Assembly (NCBI GenBank): GCA_016218815.1
Contig: JACRCX010000117.1
Span: 35,009-99,008 of the forward strand
Length of the DNA stretch: 64,000 bases
Origin: Deltaproteobacteria bacterium
GTDB lineage: Bacteria > Myxococcota_A > Polyangia > DRWM01 > JAAZOP01
Direction: 5' to 3'
In this document: positions 28,614 to 37,254 of the stretch, one piece after another
Position numbering within the stretch: position 1 is the stretch's first letter
How the letters are laid out: each line of letters opens with the position of its first letter
Program-made: the position numbers and the translations under genes
Notes under the pieces: generated by a model
The model's input: only the letters and a program-made list of their open reading frames with translations
The model's database searches: none
Told to the model about the DNA's origin: nothing

Positions 28614-29774
28614 CTACGCGCGGTCGATCCCGAAGATCCGCCCTTCCAGCCGATCGGCCAGCGTGGCGACCTGGAAGACCAGCGCCGCGAGGTCCTGGTC
28701 GCGCACGCGCGCGATCGGGAGAAAACCCTGCACCACGATGCGCGGCATGTCCGTCCCGCTCTTGACCAGCACGACCCGCGCGTAGCCCGGCCCGCCGAAC
28801 CCCCCCAAGAGCGCCTGCGGCTCGACCACCGCCGTGATCTCGCCGACGTCCGACTCCGCCCCGAGCATCGGCTCTCCTTCGCAGTACGGCTCCGAGGACT
28901 CGACGACGAACACCTTCACGCTCTGCCAGCGCTGCTCCGACAGCGGCACGTCCACGTTCACCCAGTGCGGCTCCTGCTTCGTCTTCGCCCCGAGCATCTC
29001 GACCACGGTCCGCAGCCGGTCGGGGACGTTGCCGAGTCGCCCTGCCTCCGCCGCGTCCGCCACCGGAGCGTAGGCTGTGCCCGCCTCGCCCGGGATCGGC
29101 GTGTCCGTCAGGATGTAGCGTCGGATCAGATCGTCCAGGTCCGTCTCCGTGTCCGCGCGGCTCTGCAGGAACTCGACCGCGCGGTCGATCGTCACCGGAC
29201 GGCCCCAGCCGACGACCAGCGGCTTGCCGCCCAGCGCGTCGCGCCACTTGCGCGAGCGCGAGCCGACGTAGCACGACGCGAAGACCATCAGCCGCAGCCC
29301 CGGCGACACCTTCGCCGGGTCCAGGTCCTCGGGTACGACGTGGCCGCCGTCGCAGGTCTCGACCGATCCGTCCTCGCCGCCGTGCGCGCTCCAGTAGACG
29401 CCCGCCGGGACGAGCCCCTGGACCCCCTCGCCGTTGCCGGCCACCGCGTCCAGGAAGTCCTGTCGCGTGGCCTGCGGATCGACGACCACCTTGTAGCCGG
29501 CGTTGCGCAGCACCTCGATGTCGTCGTTGATCTGTTCCGTCTCGCGCTGCAGGAACCCCTGGTCGCGGTCGCTGTGGATCTTGAACCCGAACAGGAAGAG
29601 GAACGACTTGCCGGTGCCGATGCCCTGCGCCGCAGGCTCGTGCACGACCCGCTTCGTCGGATCGTCCGTCCTCGCGCCTTCCTTCCACACCTTCGGTCCG
29701 GGGCGGCCCTGCTTCCCCTTCGCTGCCCAGGCCGCCGGCATCTTCACCTCGGGCTTGTCCTGATCGTCCGCCAT
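28614..29774 (-). CDS. Caspase/CHAT-like (C14-fold) cysteine protease domain fused to a C-terminal YbjN-like domain
   Basis: ATG at 29774 with GGGAGGAA RBS. No signal peptide. Caspase-fold hallmarks: a hydrophobic strand SFLFLFGFK, His in VYWSAHGGEDG, and Cys in LMVFASCYVG (His-Cys dyad spacing about 45 aa). The C-terminal 150 aa resemble the adjacent standalone YbjN-like protein. Confidence 0.55.
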   Translation of the reverse strand: MADDQDKPEVKMPAAWAAKGKQGRPGPKVWKEGARTDDPTKRVVHEPAAQGIGTGKSFLFLFGFKIHSDRDQGFLQRETEQINDDIEVLRNAGYKVVVDPQATRQDFLDAVAGNGEGVQGLVPAGVYWSAHGGEDGSVETCDGGHVVPEDLDPAKVSPGLRLMVFASCYVGSRSRKWRDALGGKPLVVGWGRPVTIDRAVEFLQSRADTETDLDDLIRRYILTDTPIPGEAGTAYAPVADAAEAGRLGNVPDRLRTVVEMLGAKTKQEPHWVNVDVPLSEQRWQSVKVFVVESSEPYCEGEPMLGAESDVGEITAVVEPQALLGGFGGPGYARVVLVKSGTDMPRIVVQGFLPIARVRDQDLAALVFQVATLADRLEGRIFGIDRA

Positions 29775-29830
29775 CGCCGCTTCCTCCCTTCGCCGCCGTT
29801 GCACGGCCGGTCGGGATGGTAACGGGGCCC

Positions 29831-29855
29831 GGACCAACAACCAAGAACCAACGAC
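29831..29855 (+). promoter_or_regulatory. Direct-repeat motif GACCAACAAC-N4-AACCAACGACC in the divergent intergenic region between the caspase-like gene and nadA
   Basis: Near-identical to the site at 28060. It is followed by TTCGAC/TTGCAC -35-like hexamers. Confidence 0.45.
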
Positions 29856-29920
29856 CGACAACTTCGTCCCGTTCGACCGGGTCTTGCACCGCCCGACGCT
29901 CATGCCTATCTTCCGCCCCG

Positions 29921-30853
<933 letters not shown>

Positions 30854-30872
30854 GGAACGAGCGGTCAAGTGG

Positions 30873-30945
30873 TCGGAACCGAACCGCGCCCTTCAGGGCG
30901 CGGCTGAGTCGGTCGGGCCAGCCGCGGGCTGAAGCCCGCGGTTCT
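30873..30945 (+). repeat. REP/MITE-like double-hairpin intergenic element, copy 1 (between nadA and larE)
   Basis: GGAACCGAACCGCGCCCTTCAGGGCGCGGCTG-N12-GCCGCGGGCTGAAGCCCGCGGTTC, with two GC-rich hairpins (CGCGCCCT/AGGGCGCG and CCGCGGGC/GCCCGCGG). It shares 60+ identical nt with the copies at 41514 and 47281. Confidence 0.8.
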
Positions 30946-31032
30946 GGTACGGCAGCCCGGCAAACTGGCGGGTCGTCGACGACGAAACCAGGGGCACCGG
31001 AAGGGCCGACCGCCGAGTCGAAGTACGCCCGC

Positions 31033-31851
31033 GTGCTCGAGGCGCTGCGCGAGCTGCCCGGAGCCGTCGTCGCCTTCTCCGGCGGCGTCGACAGCTCGCT
31101 CCTGCTCCGCGCCGCCAAGGACGCGCTCGGCGAGAAGGTCCTCGCCGTCACCGCTCGCTCCCCGACCTACACCGCCTCCGAGGAGGAGTGCGCGCGCGAG
31201 GTCGCCCGGCTGCTCGGTGCCGCCCACCGCGTGGTCGAGACCGACGAGCTGGATGATCCCGAGTTCCGGAAGAACCCGCCGACCCGGTGCTTCGCGTGCA
31301 AGCGCGAGCTGTTCGCCAAGCTCCGCGCGCTCGCGGTCGCCCAGGGCGGCTGGGAAGTGCTCGAAGGCGCCAACGCCGACGACCGGCGCGACTACCGCCC
31401 CGGCCGGCGCGCGGCGCACGAAGCCCGCGTCCCGAGCCCGCTGGCCGCCGCCGGGCTCACGAAGGCCGAGATCCGCGAGCTGGCCCGCGCCCGCGGCCTG
31501 CCGAACTGGGACGCGCCCTCGCAAGCCTGTCTCGCCTCGCGCCTGCCCTACGGCGTCGAGATCACCGTCGAGCGCCTGGAGCGGATAGGCAAGGCGGAGG
31601 CGGCGCTGCGGGCGCTCGGCTTCGCCGTCGTCCGCGTCCGCGACCACGGCGAGGTCGCGCGGCTCGAGGTCGGGGTGGATGACCTGGCACGGTTGTTCGA
31701 CCCGGCCCTGAGGGATTCCGCCGTGCGCGCGGTGAAGGAAGCCGGCTTCGTCTACGTCGCGCTGGATCTCGAGGGCTACCGCACCGGCGCGATGAACGAG
31801 GTGCTGGCGGGGAAGATGAAACCACCGATGGACACCGATGGACACCGATAG
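31033..31851 (+). CDS. larE: ATP-dependent sacrificial sulfur transferase LarE (PP-loop ATP pyrophosphatase)
   Basis: PP-loop AFSGGVDSS and the conserved Cys context PTRCFACK. GTG start at 31033 lies downstream of the REP-like element that occupies 30873..30945. The maximal ORF from 30718 would run through the repeat and overlap nadA. Confidence 0.75.
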   Translation: MLEALRELPGAVVAFSGGVDSSLLLRAAKDALGEKVLAVTARSPTYTASEEECAREVARLLGAAHRVVETDELDDPEFRKNPPTRCFACKRELFAKLRALAVAQGGWEVLEGANADDRRDYRPGRRAAHEARVPSPLAAAGLTKAEIRELARARGLPNWDAPSQACLASRLPYGVEITVERLERIGKAEAALRALGFAVVRVRDHGEVARLEVGVDDLARLFDPALRDSAVRAVKEAGFVYVALDLEGYRTGAMNEVLAGKMKPPMDTDGHR

Positions 31852-32851
31852 GAGAGAAAACGGGAGGGGGACCGCGGGGCGCCGATTCCCATCCGGGATC
31901 TCGCGGCGCGAGGCGCTGGAGCTGCTGCGGGTCGAGGGGCCCGAGTTGTACGACCTGCTGGCGCGGGCGGGGAGGGTGAGGCACGAGCGGCGGGGGGATG
32001 AGGTCGCCCTGTGCTCGATCGTCAACGCGCGCAGCGGCCACTGCGGGGAGGATTGCGCGTTCTGCGCGCAGTCGTCGCGGGCGAAGGCCGCCATCGAGAC
32101 GTATCCGTTGCTCGGCGTCGAGCGGATGGTCGGCGCGGCACGCGACGCGGCGGCGAACGGCGCCGCCTGCTTCAGCATCGTGACCTCGGGCCGGGCGCTG
32201 GGGAAGAGGGACCTGGGCGCCGTCGCGAAGGCGCTCTCGAGGATCGGGCGCGAGCTGCCGGTCCGGCCGTCCGCGTCGCTCGGGTTGCTGGACGCGGGCG
32301 CGATCGAGCGGCTGCGGGACGCCGGTCTCCGGCGGTTGCACCACAACCTGGAGACGGCGGAGAGCTTCTTCCCGTCGATCTGCACGACGCGCCGGTGGTC
32401 GGACTCGATCGAAGCGATTCGTCGGGCCAAGGCCGCGGGGCTGGAGACGTGCTGCGGAGGGATCTTCGGCATGGGCGAGACGCCGGCGCAGCGGGTCGAG
32501 CTGCTGGCCGCGCTTCGCGAGGTCGACCCGGACTCGGTGCCGCTCAACTTCCTCAACCCGATCCCCGGCACGAGACTCGGACGTCTTGCCCCGATGCCGG
32601 CACTCGACGCGCTCAAGGTCGTCGCCGTCGCGCGCCTCATGATGCCGGCGAAGGAAATCCGGGTGTGCGGCGGGCGCGAGCGCGTGCTGGGCGATCTGCA
32701 GTCGTGGATCTTTCTCGCCGGCGCCGACGGGATGATGGTCGGCGGCTACCTGACGACGCTCGGACGGCCGGTCGAAGCCGATCTCCGCATGATCGCCGAC
32801 CTCGGCCTGCGCGTCGCGACTCCGCCCCGCGACGGTGCTCGAGACAGGTAG
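31838..32851 (+). CDS. bioB: Biotin synthase (radical SAM)
   Basis: CGEDCAFCAQSS (CxxxCxxC radical-SAM cluster) and ETCCGGIFGMGET (auxiliary cluster region). The start overlaps the larE end by 14 bp, within a 10-bp tandem duplication atggacaccg x2. Confidence 0.8.
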   Translation: MDTDRRENGRGTAGRRFPSGISRREALELLRVEGPELYDLLARAGRVRHERRGDEVALCSIVNARSGHCGEDCAFCAQSSRAKAAIETYPLLGVERMVGAARDAAANGAACFSIVTSGRALGKRDLGAVAKALSRIGRELPVRPSASLGLLDAGAIERLRDAGLRRLHHNLETAESFFPSICTTRRWSDSIEAIRRAKAAGLETCCGGIFGMGETPAQRVELLAALREVDPDSVPLNFLNPIPGTRLGRLAPMPALDALKVVAVARLMMPAKEIRVCGGRERVLGDLQSWIFLAGADGMMVGGYLTTLGRPVEADLRMIADLGLRVATPPRDGARDR

Positions 32852-32926
32852 GCGGGAAGCGTTCGTTCGGGTAGAGTCCGGCCCGCGCGGGGCACGGTCA
32901 CGGGGGCTTGGAAGGAAGGATCACGC

Positions 32927-33526
32927 ATGTCTCTCTCGTACCTGATTCATCGTCCTGCGACGTCGATCCAGGAGATCGCCGATTACCTCGATCGGCTGTC
33001 GCCCGATCACCGGTGGCACGAGGTGAGGCAACTCGGCGGGTCCGACCAGGCGCGGCTGTACGAGCTGGCCGAGTCCGCGCCGCCGATCACGCTGGAGCAC
33101 TTCGCGCCGCCCGATCGCCCGGACCTGCGCGAGGTGATCCACGACGGCAAGAACACGCTGCCGGTGTTCCAGACCTTCCAGAAGCGCTTCACGCGCCCCG
33201 GCGACGGCTCCGCCCGCCTCTTCGGCTACAACGAGGGCGTCACCCGCGCGCTGCTCGGCCCCGGCTACTTCGTCGTCCACGCGACCGCGGGCAACTTCGA
33301 CTGGGAGCGCCGCGGCGCGATCGTGGTCGACTACGTCCTCGAGCCGGACGGGCCCGTCGCTCCGGGCTGGCCGAAGGTCGTCCCCAACAGCCAGGGGTTG
33401 CAGATGCTCGTCTACCAGGGCACGCGCGACTTCATGCGCCGCGTCTCGAAACACGTCAGCATCGGTGCCGCGTACAAGGGCGAGAAGAAACTCGGCGCCT
33501 TCTTCGCACTCTGCCGCCAGGACTGA
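32927..33526 (+). CDS. Hypothetical protein (about 199 aa)
   Basis: Unbiased composition, ATG start, and the coding region is slightly lower in GC than its neighbours. No recognisable motif. Confidence 0.5.
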   Translation: MSLSYLIHRPATSIQEIADYLDRLSPDHRWHEVRQLGGSDQARLYELAESAPPITLEHFAPPDRPDLREVIHDGKNTLPVFQTFQKRFTRPGDGSARLFGYNEGVTRALLGPGYFVVHATAGNFDWERRGAIVVDYVLEPDGPVAPGWPKVVPNSQGLQMLVYQGTRDFMRRVSKHVSIGAAYKGEKKLGAFFALCRQD

Positions 33527-33559
33527 GCGCTTGAGCCCGTCCGCGCCGGTGCCGGAGCC

Positions 33560-34648
33560 GTGAGCGAGCCCCGCCGGCGCATCGTCGTCGCCATGAGCGG
33601 CGGGGTCGATTCCAGCGTCGCCGCCGCGATGCTCGCCCGCGGACCCGACGAGGTGATCGGCGTCACCCTCTGCCTGCGCCCGCCCGAGTGCACGGCACCG
33701 GCACGCTCCTGCTGCGGCACCGACGACCTCGCGATGGCCCGCCGCGTCGCCGACCGCCTCGGGATCCCGCACTACCTGATCGACGCGCGCGACGAGTTCG
33801 AGGCGCGGGTGCTGCAGCCGGCCTGGACGGCGTACGCGGCGGGCCGTACGCCGAATCCCTGCGTCCTGTGCAACCAACAGCTCAAGTTCGGCCGGCTCCT
33901 CGCCCAGGCCCGGACGCTCGGCGCCGAAGCCGTCGCCACCGGCCACCACGCCCGGATCGATCCGGCGGGGGAGGGGAGGCGTCCGGTGCTGCGCCGGGGG
34001 CACGACCGGCGCAAGGACCAGTCGTACTTCCTCTTCGCACTGACACCGGAACAGCTTCGCGCGGCGCGCACGCCGATCGGCGGCATGACGAAGGACGAGG
34101 TCCGGGCGCGGGCGGCCGAGCTGGGGCTGCCGAACGCGGCGCGGCCGGGCAGCCGCGACGCCTGCCTGGCGGCGCGCGACGGAAGCTTCGCCGAGGCGCT
34201 GCGCGAGCTGTTCGGCGGACCCCAGCGGCCGGGGCGTATCGTGGACGTCGAGGGGCGGGTGCTGGGCGAGCACCGCGGCTGCCATCGCTTCACCGTCGGA
34301 CAGCGCCATCGCCTCGGCGTCGCGCTCGGCCGTCGCGCCTACGTGGTGGAGCTGCGACCCGAGCGGGACGAGGTGGTGGTCGGCGGGTTCGCGGACCTGG
34401 AGTGCGACGGCGTCGTCGCGAGCGGCGTGCGGTGGCTGGTGGAGCCCCCGCGCGGGCCGCTGCGGGTCCTCGCGCAGACACGGTACCGCATGCCGGTGGT
34501 GGAGGCGGAGGTCCGGCCGGCGGATGGGGAGGGCGCCGAGGTGCTCTTCGAGCGCCGTGCCGCGGGCGTCGCTCCGGGTCAGGCCGTCGTGTTCTACGAG
34601 GGCGACCGGGTGCTCGGCGGGGGCTGGATCGAGCGGCGGATCGTCTAG
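33560..34648 (+). CDS. mnmA: tRNA 2-thiouridine(34) synthase
   Basis: PP-loop VAMSGGVDSS, plus NPCVLCN and GHHAR motifs. GTG start at 33560. Confidence 0.9.
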   Translation: MSEPRRRIVVAMSGGVDSSVAAAMLARGPDEVIGVTLCLRPPECTAPARSCCGTDDLAMARRVADRLGIPHYLIDARDEFEARVLQPAWTAYAAGRTPNPCVLCNQQLKFGRLLAQARTLGAEAVATGHHARIDPAGEGRRPVLRRGHDRRKDQSYFLFALTPEQLRAARTPIGGMTKDEVRARAAELGLPNAARPGSRDACLAARDGSFAEALRELFGGPQRPGRIVDVEGRVLGEHRGCHRFTVGQRHRLGVALGRRAYVVELRPERDEVVVGGFADLECDGVVASGVRWLVEPPRGPLRVLAQTRYRMPVVEAEVRPADGEGAEVLFERRAAGVAPGQAVVFYEGDRVLGGGWIERRIV

Positions 34649-34673
34649 CACGGCAGCGTTCTCGCGGCGTTCC

Positions 34674-34702
34674 TTGACCGCTCCCGGTCTGTGGCCTACC
34701 CT
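34674..34702 (+). promoter_or_regulatory. Sigma70-like promoter (-35 TTGACC, 17-bp spacer, -10 TACCCT) upstream of the cysteine-rich lipoprotein gene
   Basis: TTGACC at 34674-34679 and TACCCT at 34697-34702. The identical hexamers and the GTGGCCTACCCTGAA block recur upstream of the paralog at 37186..37214. Confidence 0.5.
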
Positions 34703-34748
34703 GAATTCGGCGCTTGCCGGGGGCCGTTGCGGTCTGGAGGAACGGATC

Positions 34749-37148
34749 ATGACGAAGATGTGCGTGCGAATCGGGTCGCTCCTTGGCCTGTTCCTCGCGG
34801 CACTGTCCTGCGCCAGCGGCGGCTCCGGCACGCCCGATTACGGCTTCGAATCGGCCGACGGCGACGACGGCGGCGGAGGAACGGATGCCGACGAGGGCGA
34901 CGGCGGGGACGCCGACGAGGACGCCGGCGAAGGCGGCGACGCGGATGCGGACGACGACGCCGGCGCGGATGCCGACGGCGACGCGGACGCCGACGGCGGC
35001 GAGCCGTGCACGTCGGCGACGGAGTGCGACGACGGGATCGACTGCACGCTCGACACCTGCGACGACCTCGCGCACCTCTGCGTCCACACCACCGACGACC
35101 TGGGATGCGACGACGGCAACCCGTGCACCACGGGAGAGTATTGCGATCCGGCGAGCGGGTGCGCGGCGGGCGAGCCGATCGACTGCGGCGACGGCATCGA
35201 CTGCACGCGGGACGAGTGCCAGCCGCTGACCGGCGAGTGCGTGAACACGCCGGCCCACGACCGGTGCACGCCGCCTGAGATGTGCCGCCCGGAAGACGGA
35301 GGCTGCGCCGTGCCGCCGCCGTGCGAGTCGACCTCCGATTGCGACGACGGCAACCCGTGCAACGGTGCCGAGCTCTGTGACCCCGAATTCGGGTGTCAGG
35401 CGGGCACGCCCGTGGATTGCGACGACGGTGTGCATTGCACGGCCGATCTCTGCAGTCCTTTGACGTCCGAGTGCACCCATGAGCCCGAGGACTGGCGCTG
35501 CGAGGACGGCAATGCGTGCAACGGGCACGAGGCATGCGATGCGGCTACCGGCTGCTCATCGGGCACTCCGGTCAACTGCTCCGACGGCATTCCGTGCACG
35601 GAGGATTCCTGCGCCATCGCGACGGGCGCCTGCTCGCACGTTGCCAACGATTCTCGCTGCGACGACAGCGCGTTCTGCAACGGATTCGAGCGCTGCGATT
35701 CGGCCCTGGGCTGCACCGGCGGGGCGGTGCCCGCGTGCTCCGACGGCATCGCTTGCACGGTGGACGCGTGCGACGCCGGGACGGACGCGTGCACACACAG
35801 CCCGAACAACGCGTTGTGCGGGGACGGCCTGTTCTGCAACGGCTCCGAGATCTGCTCGGGCGGCGTCGGCTGCGGCCCGGGCACGCCGCCCGTCTGTGCG
35901 GACGCCCTGGCGTGCACCACCGACCGCTGCGATCCCGCTGCCGCGGGCGGCGCGGGCGCGTGCGTCGGCGACTCGCCCGACCGCGACGGCGACACCTACG
36001 GCGATGCCGCGTGTACCGGCACCGACTGCAACGACGGGTCGGCCGGCATCCACCCCGGGGCGACCGAGTCGTGCAACGGCATCGACGACGACTGCGACGG
36101 CACCACCGACGAGACCTTCACCTGCCCGGCCGGCTCCACGCGGAGCTGCTCGCTCGGAAGCTGCACCGGCTCGCAGACCTGCAGCTCGGGCTGCACCTGG
36201 GGAAGCTGCGTCGTCTCGGGCGCCGAGATCTGCAACGGGCTCGACGACAATTGCAACGGAGCCTCGGACGAGGGCTTCACCTGCCGGCTTGGCGCCGTCC
36301 AGGCCTGTAGCGTCGGCTCGTGTCCCGGCTTCCAGACCTGCGCGGCGGGCTGCACGTGGGGCTCGTGCACGGCGTCGGCGAGCGAGGTGTGCAACGGCGT
36401 CGACGACGATTGCGACGGCATGACCGACGAGGGCTTCGGCTGCGTCCTGGGACGGACCCAGTCCTGCACGGTCGGCTCGTGCGGCGGCTCGCAGACCTGC
36501 CAGGCGGGCTGCTTCTGGGGTTCCTGCACCGTCGGAACGCCCGAGTCGTGCAACGGCGTCGACGACAACTGCAACGGGGCGACCGACGAGACCTTCACCT
36601 GCCGACTCGGGAGCACGGTCGGGTGCACGAACACGTGCGGCGTCGGCGGGTCGCAAACCTGCACCGGGCCGTCGTGCTCCTGGGGCTCCTGCTGCTCCGC
36701 GTCGGAAGTGTGCGGCAACTCGTGCGACGACAACTGCAGCGGCGGCATCGACGAGGGATGCTGCGTCGGCGGAACGGCGAACTTCACCTTCCCCAACAGT
36801 TCGGATTCGGTGTACATGCCCGACTACCCCTGGATGTGGCGAAACGGGGATTACTTCCAGGGGACGCGCGTGACTTCCGTGCCATGTGCCACGTCCATCA
36901 CGCTCACTCTTTATGCATATAGCAACAGTCTCGCTTGCGACATGCTCAGCGGGAGGTTCCTCCTCAACGGCACCCCGATCGGTACCTTCGACCTGACGCC
37001 GGGGTACGGGGGGATTTCCGGCACGCTGTCCTTCGCGCCCATCTACGGTCCGACCTACACCCTACGCATGGAGGTGACCCGGACCGTTGCGACGGGGTGT
37101 GGCTCGGTCTGGTGGGAGGAGAACTACTCGCCCTGGACGATCCACTGA
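34749..37148 (+). CDS. Large cysteine-rich secreted lipoprotein (Myxococcus-type CxDGxxC repeats + CNGxDDDCDG putative metal-binding motifs + unique C-terminal domain)
   Basis: Lipobox MTKMCVRIGSLLGLFLAALSCASGG and an acidic Asp/Gly/Ala linker. Then about 12 CxxDxDC(T/N)xDxC modules, followed by 5 modules of CNGxDD(D/N)C(D/N)GxxDE...SC..GSC.G.Q.C...C.WG.C. The C-terminal approximately 130 aa are non-repetitive. Confidence 0.75.
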   Translation: MTKMCVRIGSLLGLFLAALSCASGGSGTPDYGFESADGDDGGGGTDADEGDGGDADEDAGEGGDADADDDAGADADGDADADGGEPCTSATECDDGIDCTLDTCDDLAHLCVHTTDDLGCDDGNPCTTGEYCDPASGCAAGEPIDCGDGIDCTRDECQPLTGECVNTPAHDRCTPPEMCRPEDGGCAVPPPCESTSDCDDGNPCNGAELCDPEFGCQAGTPVDCDDGVHCTADLCSPLTSECTHEPEDWRCEDGNACNGHEACDAATGCSSGTPVNCSDGIPCTEDSCAIATGACSHVANDSRCDDSAFCNGFERCDSALGCTGGAVPACSDGIACTVDACDAGTDACTHSPNNALCGDGLFCNGSEICSGGVGCGPGTPPVCADALACTTDRCDPAAAGGAGACVGDSPDRDGDTYGDAACTGTDCNDGSAGIHPGATESCNGIDDDCDGTTDETFTCPAGSTRSCSLGSCTGSQTCSSGCTWGSCVVSGAEICNGLDDNCNGASDEGFTCRLGAVQACSVGSCPGFQTCAAGCTWGSCTASASEVCNGVDDDCDGMTDEGFGCVLGRTQSCTVGSCGGSQTCQAGCFWGSCTVGTPESCNGVDDNCNGATDETFTCRLGSTVGCTNTCGVGGSQTCTGPSCSWGSCCSASEVCGNSCDDNCSGGIDEGCCVGGTANFTFPNSSDSVYMPDYPWMWRNGDYFQGTRVTSVPCATSITLTLYAYSNSLACDMLSGRFLLNGTPIGTFDLTPGYGGISGTLSFAPIYGPTYTLRMEVTRTVATGCGSVWWEENYSPWTIH

Positions 37149-37185
37149 GCCCGGTCGCACCCCCCCGCTCGCCCTGCCCCCCCGC

Positions 37186-37214
37186 CTTGACCGTTCGAAT
37201 CGCGTGGCCTACCC
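37186..37214 (+). promoter_or_regulatory. Sigma70-like promoter, duplicated copy (-35 TTGACC, 17-bp spacer, -10 TACCCT)
   Basis: TTGACC at 37186-37191 and TACCCT at 37209-37214. The flanking block GTGGCCTACCCTGAAC is identical to the one at 34691. Confidence 0.5.
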
Positions 37215-37254
37215 TGAACCTCGCGCTCGCGGAGAACGCAGGGAGGTCGCGAAC

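Noticed and set aside
31838-31860. The repeat atggacaccgatggacaccg, considered as a possible regulatory direct repeat.
   Set aside because: It is too short and lies inside the larE/bioB coding overlap. It more likely reflects a small tandem duplication and is noted only in the nadA-larE-bioB finding.
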